Source: Bacteroidota bacterium (GTDB lineage: Bacteria > Bacteroidota > Bacteroidia > Bacteroidales > SKPS01). From it: a DNA stretch of 64,000 bases. The notes below the pieces were generated by a model, which was not told the DNA's origin, ran no database searches, and saw nothing but the letters and a program-made list of their open reading frames with translations. Each line of letters begins with the position of its first letter. The stretch's first letter is position 1. A program made the position numbers and the translations under genes. Location: NCBI GenBank assembly GCA_022709695.1, contig JAKLII010000011.1, forward strand, positions 41,620-105,619, given 5' to 3'. Below are positions 19,225 through 28,481 of this stretch, one piece after another.

Positions 19225-21636
19225 TTGCCTTTTATGAAAAGATTAAACCTGTATCTTTACAGCCATTTTGTGGAGATGCAATTACGATCACAATACAGAC
19301 TGCTTATGTGGATAAAGTGGTGGCGCCTTTCTTTAGCCCTGATGGTGCTTATGACTGCAACGCCTGCCGTTCAGGCTCAGAAATACGGAGACCTCAGGGG
19401 ATTTGTGGTGAACAAGGGATCGGGGGAACCCCTGTTGTATGCCAATGTGGTATTACAAAGCACCGGCACCGGAACCATGACGGATAACAACGGTTACTTT
19501 ATCATTTCAGGACTGAATCCGGGTGAATATACCGTAATGGTTACCTATATCGGTTTTGATTCCGTTCAGCAGAAAGTAACCATAAAACCGGGTGAAATTA
19601 CCACCATCAAGGCCCAGCTCAACCAGATTACCCGACAGCTAGACCGGTTTACAGTATCGGCAGAGCGGCAGAGTGACCTGACCGAAACCAAGACCTCTGT
19701 GATCAAGGTCACCCCGAAACAGATCGAAAAGATTCCTGCTGTTGGCGGCCAGGCCGACCTGGCCCAGTACCTCCAGATTTTACCCGGCGTCGTATCCACC
19801 GGCGACCAGGGGGGAAAACTGTATATCAGGGGAGGATCCCCCATTCAGAATAAAGTGGTGCTCGATGGAATGGTGGTGTATAATCCCTTTCACACCATCG
19901 GGTTGTTCAGCGTGTTCGACAATGATATCCTCAAATCAGCAGATATTTACACGGGAGGCTTTAACGCCGACCATGGCGGGCGGATCTCTTCGGTAATGGA
20001 TATCAAAACCAGGGATGGCAACAAACGGCACCAGTCGGGCGGTCTCAGCGCGAGCACCTTCGGAACCAAACTCCTGCTTGAAGGGCCCATAAAATCTAAG
20101 GAAAAGGCTGAAAGCTCCACCTCCTATATTGTTTCGTTCAAGAACTCCTACCTGGAACAAACCTCGAAGTTTTTATATGATTATGTCAACCAGCAGGATG
20201 GGCTGCCGTTCAATTATTTTGACCTGTACAGTAAGGTAAGCATCCAGGCCGACAATGGCAGCAAAATCAGTTTCTTTGGATTTAATTTCTCAGACAGGGT
20301 CAACTATCAGGCAGTGTCGGAGTACAAATGGGATACATGGGGGTTCGGAACCAATTTCATGCTGATACCGGCTGCATCACCTGTGCTGATCGAGGGTAAT
20401 TTCGCCTACTCCAACTACACCACTTCCCTCGAAGATCAGACCTCCCTCCCGAAATACAGCATGATTGATGGTTTTAACTTCGGCCTTCATTACAGCAGTG
20501 CCCAGGGGAAAAATAAAAACCAGATTGGCATTGAGATGCTGGGCTTCAAGACGGTTTTTGAGCTTACCAACGCCGCCAACCGCACCATCGACCAGACGGA
20601 AAACACCACCGAAATCGCATTTTACTGGAAATACAAACTTACACTCGGAAAATTTATCCTTGAGCCGGGCATCCGTGGCCATTATTACGCCTCCTTGTCG
20701 GAGTTTTCGCCTGAACCCCGCTTCTCCATGAAGTACCGGATCAACGACTTTATCAGGCTGAAGGCTGCTACCGGGCTTTATTCTCAGAATCTCATTGCCG
20801 CCAATTCCGACCGGGATGTCGTAAACCTGTTCTATGGCTTTCTTTCGGGCACTGAAAACCTGCAGGACGAATTCAACGGGAAACCTGTTACCTCTTACCT
20901 CCAGAAGGCACGCCACCTGATCCTGGGCTTTGAAGCAGATTTCAACCGGAATGCTTCCATCAATGTGGAGGCCTACCTGAACCGCTTTACACAGCTTACC
21001 TCTCTGAATCGCAATAAGATCTATGACGACAGGAATCCTGACTATGCCGATTACCCTGACTTTCTGAAAAAGGACTTAATTGTGGAACAGGGATCAGCGC
21101 AGGGGGTGGATGTGGCTTTTCGATATGACCGTGTGAACTTTAACATCTGGGCTGTTTACTCACTTGGATTTATCAGCAGGGAAGAGGACCTGAACGGGTT
21201 CCTGTTCTCCTATACCCCGCATTACGACAGGCGGCACAATGTGAATCTGGTGGGATCCTACAGCTTCGGAAAAACCCTGCAATACGAGGCAAGCATGCGA
21301 TGGAACTACGGTTCGGGATTTCCTTTTACCCCTACCGCTGGTTTCTACGAAGCCCTTTCGTTTCAAACCGGTATCAACACCGATTACATCCACCAGAACG
21401 GGCAACTCGGGTATTACTATGGTGAGCTCAACAGCAGGCGGCTTCCGGATTACCATCGGATGGATGTGACAATTAAGCGCAGCTTCGTGTTTTCTGCACG
21501 CAACCTGCTCGATGTGGTCTTATCTGTCACCAATGTATATAGCCGGAAGAACATTTTCTACTTCGACAGGATTAAATACGAGCGTGTAAATCAGTTGCCC
21601 TTCCTTCCGAGCCTCGGGTTGAACTGGAAATTCTGA
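19225..21636 (+). CDS. TonB-dependent receptor with an N-terminal CarboxypepD_reg-like domain
   Basis: GEPLLYANV...TDNNGYF, plug LYIRGGSPIQN...LDG, GGRISSVMDI, and C-terminal ...SLGLNWKF. Exact start is uncertain. Confidence 0.9.
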   Translation: MPFMKRLNLYLYSHFVEMQLRSQYRLLMWIKWWRLSLALMVLMTATPAVQAQKYGDLRGFVVNKGSGEPLLYANVVLQSTGTGTMTDNNGYFIISGLNPGEYTVMVTYIGFDSVQQKVTIKPGEITTIKAQLNQITRQLDRFTVSAERQSDLTETKTSVIKVTPKQIEKIPAVGGQADLAQYLQILPGVVSTGDQGGKLYIRGGSPIQNKVVLDGMVVYNPFHTIGLFSVFDNDILKSADIYTGGFNADHGGRISSVMDIKTRDGNKRHQSGGLSASTFGTKLLLEGPIKSKEKAESSTSYIVSFKNSYLEQTSKFLYDYVNQQDGLPFNYFDLYSKVSIQADNGSKISFFGFNFSDRVNYQAVSEYKWDTWGFGTNFMLIPAASPVLIEGNFAYSNYTTSLEDQTSLPKYSMIDGFNFGLHYSSAQGKNKNQIGIEMLGFKTVFELTNAANRTIDQTENTTEIAFYWKYKLTLGKFILEPGIRGHYYASLSEFSPEPRFSMKYRINDFIRLKAATGLYSQNLIAANSDRDVVNLFYGFLSGTENLQDEFNGKPVTSYLQKARHLILGFEADFNRNASINVEAYLNRFTQLTSLNRNKIYDDRNPDYADYPDFLKKDLIVEQGSAQGVDVAFRYDRVNFNIWAVYSLGFISREEDLNGFLFSYTPHYDRRHNVNLVGSYSFGKTLQYEASMRWNYGSGFPFTPTAGFYEALSFQTGINTDYIHQNGQLGYYYGELNSRRLPDYHRMDVTIKRSFVFSARNLLDVVLSVTNVYSRKNIFYFDRIKYERVNQLPFLPSLGLNWKF

Positions 21637-21676
21637 GTACATTCTGTCAGGCAGATTCCCCGGCAGGTGCCAGCCG

Positions 21677-23098
21677 TCATTCTTTCTTTCCGGTAAATTC
21701 CTCAAACCATTCCCTGAACTGATTTGAAGGGGTACGTGCCCCGTAGGTGTGGATCTTTCCTTTAGGATCAATCAGGATGAAGAATGGGTAATTCCTGATC
21801 TGGTACCGGTCGGTCAGGTCAAAATCATGGTTGAAATGCAGGGTAACCCACGGGAACCGGTAACCATTCAGGTTCCTGGCCATTTTTCCGCTGTCGGGGT
21901 CCAGCCCCACTGCCAGCACCTGAAGGGAGTCGCTCAGATCCTGATAATAGCTTTCCAGCATTTTCATCTCCGACAAGCAGGGAACGCAATTGCTGGTAAA
22001 GAATACCAGCAGGAGATATTTGCCGCTGTACCGGCCGATGGTGACCTTGATTCCGGCTGAATCTATGAGGTTCAGTTCCGGGGCTGTACTGCCCGGTTCG
22101 AACCGCGTGAATGACACCAGCAGGTTCCTGGCAATGGTACGGTGTTCGGGAAACTTGCTTCCGGAAGCGATGTAGCTCAGGATTTTCTGAATGTTCTCCC
22201 TGCTGAAATCACGGTCATAGTATATCTCCCCCAGTCCTTTCAGCATCACCGCTTCTCTGAGCTGTTCGTTCCGGAGGATGGTATCCCGCCCGATCATCTC
22301 CGAAAGTGCAAAATAACTCCCTTTCTCATTGATGACATCCCTGAGCTCAGTGTAGCTGTAATTTTTGAGCCTCGTGGTGAGGTAATTGTCAAAAACCTGG
22401 TTGAAGAACTCCATGTAATCAGGATGGTGATAGAGGATATCCCGGTCTTTCAGCCATAGCTCCCAGGTCTGTTCGGGAGTGATTTTGTAGCTGCCCAGCT
22501 TCAGCATGGCGATTTTATAATCCACCATCTCACGGATGAAAGGGTGGCTGATGGATCCGTATTTCAGGAAAAAGCTGTCGATAAAACCATTGACGACATC
22601 TGTTCTCTTTTTGTACACATCCATGTAGTGTTTAGCCAGAAAATGGCTGTAGTCCCTGTTGATCTGCTGCATCAGGATATTGGGGTCCCCGTCTGCGTTT
22701 TCTTCGTTCAGCGTGTATGTAAGCGGCTCATTCTGAAGGAAGAGATTCCTGGTTTCAAGCCACTGAAGTGGAGGATAATCGTTGAATCTGAGGGTATATT
22801 GTTTCCCCGGCTCGAGCAGAATGGTGGCTCTGGCATTTCCGATATCGATCATCGCGAAGGTTTGCAATCCGGGCTGGAAAATCAGGTTAAACCTGCCGGC
22901 ACTGTCGATCACTCCTGAAGCTACTTTCTTTTCTGTATAGCTGATCTGATCATCCCATACGATAAGCCGGGCTGGGTACCCGGATGCCCCCTGAATGGTT
23001 CCCTGTATGGCTGCCGGTTTCTGGGCCATCACCATCAGGCTGGAAAGGCAGAGGAACAGGGTGGCCGCAACAGGTGATTTCACGAACGGGTAACGCAT
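21677..23098 (-). CDS. Exported protein with a C-terminal TlpA/thioredoxin-like domain
   Basis: Signal peptide, G..APEL.L, the CxxC motif CVPC, and YQIRNYPFFILIDPKGKI. Confidence 0.8.
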   Translation of the reverse strand: MRYPFVKSPVAATLFLCLSSLMVMAQKPAAIQGTIQGASGYPARLIVWDDQISYTEKKVASGVIDSAGRFNLIFQPGLQTFAMIDIGNARATILLEPGKQYTLRFNDYPPLQWLETRNLFLQNEPLTYTLNEENADGDPNILMQQINRDYSHFLAKHYMDVYKKRTDVVNGFIDSFFLKYGSISHPFIREMVDYKIAMLKLGSYKITPEQTWELWLKDRDILYHHPDYMEFFNQVFDNYLTTRLKNYSYTELRDVINEKGSYFALSEMIGRDTILRNEQLREAVMLKGLGEIYYDRDFSRENIQKILSYIASGSKFPEHRTIARNLLVSFTRFEPGSTAPELNLIDSAGIKVTIGRYSGKYLLLVFFTSNCVPCLSEMKMLESYYQDLSDSLQVLAVGLDPDSGKMARNLNGYRFPWVTLHFNHDFDLTDRYQIRNYPFFILIDPKGKIHTYGARTPSNQFREWFEEFTGKKE

Positions 23099-23130
23099 AA
23101 ATCCGGGCAGGTATTTTCTGGATGCAGGTT

Positions 23131-23604
23131 CTATAGGGTCATTAAGCCTTTCAGTGCTTCGGGCACAAAGGGATCAGGGTTGCCGCCATGTTTGATGATG
23201 TCTCTGACAATGGAGGAGTTGAGTGCAGTAAATTCCGGCGTGGAGAGGAAAAACAGGGTTTCTATCTCAGGGAATAAAATCTTGTTGATCTGTCCGATGC
23301 TCCGTTCAAACTCAAAATCAGCAGAAGTCCGGATACCCCTGAGGATATACCGTGCCCTGATAGACTTGCAGAAATCAACGGTAAGGCCGCTGTAACGCTC
23401 CACCACGACCTTCGGTTCACCTGCGAAAGTTTTTCTGATCCACTCCATTCTGAGGTCAGATGGAAACATCGATCGCTTTTCGGCATTTTCTCCTATGGCC
23501 ACCACGATACGGTCGAACAGTGGGAGCGCCCGCTGTATCACATTCTCGTGCCCGCGGGTGACAGGGTCAAATGACCCCGGGAATACTGCAGTTTTCAGTT
23601 CCAT
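23131..23604 (-). CDS. coaD: Phosphopantetheine adenylyltransferase
   Basis: AVFPGSFDPVTRGH and RGIRTSADFEFE. Start taken at MELKT because the TTG at 23628 lies within the promoter. Confidence 0.96.
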   Translation of the reverse strand: MELKTAVFPGSFDPVTRGHENVIQRALPLFDRIVVAIGENAEKRSMFPSDLRMEWIRKTFAGEPKVVVERYSGLTVDFCKSIRARYILRGIRTSADFEFERSIGQINKILFPEIETLFFLSTPEFTALNSSIVRDIIKHGGNPDPFVPEALKGLMTL

Positions 23605-23625
23605 ATGGCAGGATTGGATGATCAG

Positions 23626-23633
23626 CAAATGTA
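23626..23633 (-). promoter_or_regulatory. -7 box for coaD
   Basis: TACATTTG on the minus strand. Confidence 0.6.
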
Positions 23634-23742
23634 AGGGATAATTTCAAACTACCTTTCCTCAGGGTTCTCATTTCCAAAAATTGACGTTCAGTTTGCAATA
23701 GTAATGATCATAAAGGGATTTTTATACCTTTATACCCCTTTT

Positions 23743-23750
23743 TACATTTG
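23743..23750 (+). promoter_or_regulatory. -7 box for the M16 peptidase
   Basis: TACATTTG. Confidence 0.55.
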
Positions 23751-23791
23751 ATCATTATCCGTTGTTATTCTCATAAAATCAATTATTTATC

Positions 23792-26707
23792 ATGAAAAAC
23801 CTTTTGGCTCTGATCGCCCTGATGCTATTCATGTCGCTTCCTTTGGCGACTGTTGCACAATATGATGAAGAAGGGAATGCAATACAGTTCACATCCGATA
23901 CAGGGCTGCCACTGGTGTATAAACTCCAGAACGGACTAACGGTTATCCTGTATCCCGATCGCTCCCTGCCGCAGGTAACAGGTATGGTGGTTACCCTGGC
24001 CGGAGGGAAGAATGACCTCCCGGATGCCACCGGTATGGCCCATTACATGGAGCATATGCTCTTCAAGGGAACCACCAAGATCGGCACAACCGACTGGGCG
24101 CGGGAATCGGTACACATCGAGAATATTTACCATCTGTACGACAGCCTTTCCCTTGTGAAGGACCCGGAACAGCGCAAGGCCATCCAGAAGCTGATCAATG
24201 AGGAGTCGCTCAAGGCCAATGAATATGCCATCCCCAATGAGCTTGACAGGATCCTGAAAGAGATGGGCTCTACCAATATCAATGCTGGTACCGGTCCCGA
24301 TCATACGGTGTATTACAATGTTTTTCCGCCCCATCAGATGGCAAAATGGCTCGAGGTCTACAGCCACAGGTTTATGAGCCCTGTGTTCAGATCCTTTCAG
24401 TCGGAACTGGAAGTGGTATATGAAGAGAAGAATATGTATTCCGACATGTTCTTTATGAATCTGTTTGAGGAGTTTAACAAGAGCTTTTATAAAGTCCATC
24501 CCTATGGGCAGCAACCTCTGATTGGTACGATGGAACATCTTAAAAACCCGTCACTTACCAAGATGCAGGCATTCTATGACCAGTGGTATGTTGCCAACAA
24601 TATGGGGCTCATTCTTGCCGGCGATTTCGATGTGGTGGAGGTAATGCCAATGATTCAGAACACATTCGGTAACCTCCGGCAGAAACCGATTCCCGATAAG
24701 ATCACCTGGGTGGAAAATCCCTTCAGCGGCAGGGAATTCAAAGAGGTGAAAATGTCTCCTGTGAAAATCGGATTGCTGGGTTTCAGGGTTCCTCCCAAAG
24801 GGCATCCCGACGAACTGATCCTGGAGGTTGCAGGACAAATCCTCTCAAATGGCAACAGCACCGGATTGCTTGATAAACTCTCCATCGACAATAAGCTTCT
24901 GCAGGCTGCCTGCCAGAATATGCATTATCTGGATTACGGTACAGGCATGATCATCTTTATCCCCAAAATTGCAGGACAGTCGCTGGAGGATGCCGAGAAA
25001 CTGGTGCTTGACCAGCTCGCCCTCCTGAAAAGGGGAGAGTTTAGTGACACTCTGCTGGAATCCATCAAACTGAATCTTTATAAGGATAAAGTGATGGCAC
25101 TGGAATCTGCTTCCAGTATCGCCTATAAACTGCTGGATGTTTTTGCCGGCAGCGGCGATTATGCAACCATCTGGCAGGAGCCTTTCAGGGTAAGGGATAT
25201 CACTCGCGAAGAAATCATACGGGTGGCCAATGAATACTATGGCGATAATTTCCTCGCATTTTACTCAAAGATGGGCTTCCCGAAAAAGCCAAAAATTGAA
25301 AAACCGGGCTTTGAACCTGTTAAGCAGAAGCAGGAAGCAGTTTCTGAGTACTACAAAAGGATCAGCGAAATGGAAACCGGTGAACCTGCCTATAAGTTTG
25401 TGAATTTCAGGGAGGATATCCTTCGTTATACCAAAGATAACGGAGTGCAGGTGTTTGCTGTGAAGAATACCAAAAACGACATCTTCTCGATGACCATCCG
25501 GTATGGGATCGGTACCGGTAAGATGCCGGTGCTGAAGTACGCTGCCAGTATGATGAATTATGCAGGAACTAAAGAAATGCCTGTGGATCAGTTTAAGCTG
25601 CGGATGGCCATGCTCGGCTGTGCCTACAGCTTCTCAGCCGATGACAGTTATATGAACCTCTATATCGACGGACCCGAAGAGAACTTTGGAAGTGCCCTCG
25701 GTTTGATGAGCCAGATGATGCAGAACCCGGTTCTTGACCAGAAGAAGCTGGCTACCCTGTACGACGGTGAGAAGGCAGGAAGAAAGATGGAGCGATCTGA
25801 ACCTGATATGCTGGCTGATGCACTGGTGGAGTATGTGTTGTATGGCGAAAAATCCAGCTACCTCGACCGGCTTACCATGAAGCAGATCAAAGCATTGAAA
25901 TCCGATACCCTGGTCGCTGCATTTTCCCGGGCAATTACCTACGCACCTGAGATTCATTATGTGGGTGTGCGCTCCCTGGATGACCTGATACGGCTTACGG
26001 ATCAGTATAAAATTGCAGCTGATTTCCCGGTTCAGTCAACAGCCCCTTTCTATCGCGCACCCAAGCTCTTTCTGGCCAATGAGGTGTATGTGGCCCACAA
26101 GAAAAAAGCCACACAGAGCAAAATATTCTTCCATGCTGCACCCAATGAGTACAATCCGATGGATATTGCACTCTACAGGGCATTCAATACCTATTTTGGC
26201 GGTGATTTCTCCGGAATCGTGCTCCAGGAGATCCGCGAGTACCGCTCCATGGCATACTCTGCCGGTGGCTCTCTGGTGCAACCTCCTGTAAAGGGGAATC
26301 GCCTGTTGCTGAAAGGATTTGTGGGTACCCAGTCGGATAAGACCAATGAGGCGGTGGATGTGTTTATGGATCTGGTGAGGAATATGCCCCAGAAACCCGA
26401 ACGCATGGTCATGATAAACCGCTATATTGTCTCCTCAACCGTAACGGCCCAGCCCAACTTCAGAAGCCTGTCACAGAATTATGTATCCTGGGTTCATAGA
26501 GGATTTGACCGTGATCCCTCTGAAATCATCCTGAAAGGAATTCAGAATATGGATCACAGCGCTGTATTTGACTACCAGAAGCAGAACCTGCGGGATACCC
26601 CCGTTACCATTATGATTGCAGGTAATTCAAAAAGGTTTGATACCAAGGCGCTTACGAAATACGGGAAGGTGACGGTTGTGAAAGAAAAATCGTTATTTTC
26701 CAGATAA
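23792..26707 (+). CDS. M16 family zinc protease (insulinase-like), exported
   Basis: Signal peptide, inverted zinc motif HYMEH in GMAHYMEHMLFKGT, and two-lobed length of 971 aa. Confidence 0.92.
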   Translation: MKNLLALIALMLFMSLPLATVAQYDEEGNAIQFTSDTGLPLVYKLQNGLTVILYPDRSLPQVTGMVVTLAGGKNDLPDATGMAHYMEHMLFKGTTKIGTTDWARESVHIENIYHLYDSLSLVKDPEQRKAIQKLINEESLKANEYAIPNELDRILKEMGSTNINAGTGPDHTVYYNVFPPHQMAKWLEVYSHRFMSPVFRSFQSELEVVYEEKNMYSDMFFMNLFEEFNKSFYKVHPYGQQPLIGTMEHLKNPSLTKMQAFYDQWYVANNMGLILAGDFDVVEVMPMIQNTFGNLRQKPIPDKITWVENPFSGREFKEVKMSPVKIGLLGFRVPPKGHPDELILEVAGQILSNGNSTGLLDKLSIDNKLLQAACQNMHYLDYGTGMIIFIPKIAGQSLEDAEKLVLDQLALLKRGEFSDTLLESIKLNLYKDKVMALESASSIAYKLLDVFAGSGDYATIWQEPFRVRDITREEIIRVANEYYGDNFLAFYSKMGFPKKPKIEKPGFEPVKQKQEAVSEYYKRISEMETGEPAYKFVNFREDILRYTKDNGVQVFAVKNTKNDIFSMTIRYGIGTGKMPVLKYAASMMNYAGTKEMPVDQFKLRMAMLGCAYSFSADDSYMNLYIDGPEENFGSALGLMSQMMQNPVLDQKKLATLYDGEKAGRKMERSEPDMLADALVEYVLYGEKSSYLDRLTMKQIKALKSDTLVAAFSRAITYAPEIHYVGVRSLDDLIRLTDQYKIAADFPVQSTAPFYRAPKLFLANEVYVAHKKKATQSKIFFHAAPNEYNPMDIALYRAFNTYFGGDFSGIVLQEIREYRSMAYSAGGSLVQPPVKGNRLLLKGFVGTQSDKTNEAVDVFMDLVRNMPQKPERMVMINRYIVSSTVTAQPNFRSLSQNYVSWVHRGFDRDPSEIILKGIQNMDHSAVFDYQKQNLRDTPVTIMIAGNSKRFDTKALTKYGKVTVVKEKSLFSR

Positions 26708-26808
26708 TGGATTTTTCCCGGGCATCGCTGGCCTGAGAAGATCGTCCTAAAAATCTGTTCATGAAGCAGGTTTTATGTATGGCAAATTGATGAACGAAGA
26801 AGAACAGT

Positions 26809-27531
26809 ATGCAGGTTGAAATCTTTATCCCCTGTTTTGTAGACCAGATCTATCCCGGAACTGCGAAAAATCTGGTGCGGCTGCTTGAAAAGATCGGGCT
26901 TGAGGTGCTGTACAACCCTGAACAGACCTGTTGCGGCCAGATGGCATTCAATAGCGGCTATTGGGATGAGTCGCGCGTGCTCGCTGAAAAACTGGTAAAG
27001 GAACTCTCCGCCTCCGGGAAACCGGTTATTGCCCCTTCAGCATCCTGCATGGGCATGATCAGGAACTATTATCCCGGGTTCTTCCATAACTCCTCACTCC
27101 ATCTTCAGTATAAAAATCTGCATCCCAATTTGTTTGAGGTCACCGATTATCTGGTCAATGTGATGAATATCACCGATGTGGGAGCTGTATTTCCGCATCG
27201 CGTAACTTATCATGATGCCTGCGCAGCCCTGCGGGAATATGGGATCAGGGAAGAGCCCAGAAAACTGCTGGCGAACGTGGAGGGCCTGACCCTGATTGAA
27301 ATGGAAGAGTCAGATACCTGCTGTGGTTTCGGGGGTACCTTTGCGGTGAAAAATGAACCGATATCTGTGGCTATGGGACAGCAGAAAGTTGAGTTTGCCA
27401 TGGCCACCGGAGCCGAGTATATTGTTTCCACAGAAGCCTCCTGCCTGATGCACCTCCAGGGGATCATCGACAAACAGAACCTTCCGATTAAAACCATCCA
27501 CATCGTGGATGTGCTGACTTCTGGCTGGTAA
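26809..27531 (+). CDS. CCG-domain (Fe-S)-binding protein, LutA/YkgE-like
   Basis: IFIPCFVD, QTCCGQ, SASC, YHDAC and TCCGFGGTFAVK. Confidence 0.88.
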   Translation: MQVEIFIPCFVDQIYPGTAKNLVRLLEKIGLEVLYNPEQTCCGQMAFNSGYWDESRVLAEKLVKELSASGKPVIAPSASCMGMIRNYYPGFFHNSSLHLQYKNLHPNLFEVTDYLVNVMNITDVGAVFPHRVTYHDACAALREYGIREEPRKLLANVEGLTLIEMEESDTCCGFGGTFAVKNEPISVAMGQQKVEFAMATGAEYIVSTEASCLMHLQGIIDKQNLPIKTIHIVDVLTSGW

Positions 27532-27641
27532 CCGGTTTTACAATCATTTACAACTTTTTTACAACCCTTTTTCCTCTCCGGGGCTGAGAGGCATTGTCTT
27601 TGGCATTGCTTCACCGAACACTTAATATGGAGGACAGTACC

Positions 27642-28382
27642 ATGAAAACAAGACTTTTACTCCTGGCCGCAGCCCTGATCTTTTCCGGGCGCCTTTTCGG
27701 ATCCGGCGAATTCCATCTCTCGATGAAAGACCGTTCCGAATTTTATGTTTTTTTCGATGGGGAGATCTTTGATCCCAATGGCTCTGTGCTTCGCCTCTAT
27801 GATGTGATACCCGGTCTCCATACGGTGGATGTGTACCGGTATATCCGCAATGCCAAGGGGTATGCCACCAAATATGCCGAGCTGGTGTACAGGGGCACCT
27901 ACCGCACTGAGGCTAAAGCCGGTGTTGAAGTCGTGATCACCCCCGATGGCCGGCTGATTACCAAAAGCAGATGGGCCCTGACACCGCCACCTCCCAAAGG
28001 GCATAATGGTGCCGGCAAAGGTAACAACAGTTATCATGGAACAGGTGGGAAAGGCAGTGGCAGCACAGGTTACAACAGCCATTACGGCGCAAAGGCGATG
28101 AGTACCCATGAGTTCGGCAGCCTCGTGGCGACCATCCGCTCCGCTTCGTTCGAGCAGACAAAGCTCACCATCGCCAAAGATGCCATCGCCCGGTCCCTGG
28201 TCACTTCCGATATGGTTTATCAGATCATGATGCTCTTCAGTTTCGAAGCCACCAAGCTCGAGTTTGCCAAATGGGCTTACGCCTACACGACAGATCCCCA
28301 CCTGTACTATCTGGTAAACAGGGCTTTCAGTTTCGATTCAAGCAAAACAGAACTTTCAAGGTGGATCTCATTAAATGGCTAA
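27642..28382 (+). CDS. DUF4476-like exported protein
   Basis: Signal peptide, G/K/N/S-rich linker, and C-terminal FEATKLEFAKWAY..TTDP..Y..V...FSFDSSK.EL. Confidence 0.75.
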   Translation: MKTRLLLLAAALIFSGRLFGSGEFHLSMKDRSEFYVFFDGEIFDPNGSVLRLYDVIPGLHTVDVYRYIRNAKGYATKYAELVYRGTYRTEAKAGVEVVITPDGRLITKSRWALTPPPPKGHNGAGKGNNSYHGTGGKGSGSTGYNSHYGAKAMSTHEFGSLVATIRSASFEQTKLTIAKDAIARSLVTSDMVYQIMMLFSFEATKLEFAKWAYAYTTDPHLYYLVNRAFSFDSSKTELSRWISLNG

Positions 28383-28407
28383 GCCGGAAGACAGATTAAG
28401 CAAAAGG

Positions 28408-28435
28408 AGCGCCCATACCGGGGCGCTTTTTTATT
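28408..28435 (+). terminator. Rho-independent terminator
   Basis: AGCGCCC-ataccg-GGGCGCT followed by a T tract. Confidence 0.75.
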
Positions 28436-28460
28436 TGCCGGGGTTTTCCGATGATTCTGT

Positions 28461-28468
28461 TATTTTTG
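28461..28468 (+). promoter_or_regulatory. -7 box for tex
   Basis: TATTTTTG, 13 nt before the ATG. Confidence 0.55.
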
Positions 28469-28481
28469 TCGTTGAAACGAT

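Noticed and set aside
27628-27634. GGAGG Shine-Dalgarno-like site before the DUF4476 gene as a sign of foreign origin
   Set aside because: It is a single 5-mer that also reads as the codons of an alternative upstream start (MEDST), so chance is a sufficient explanation.
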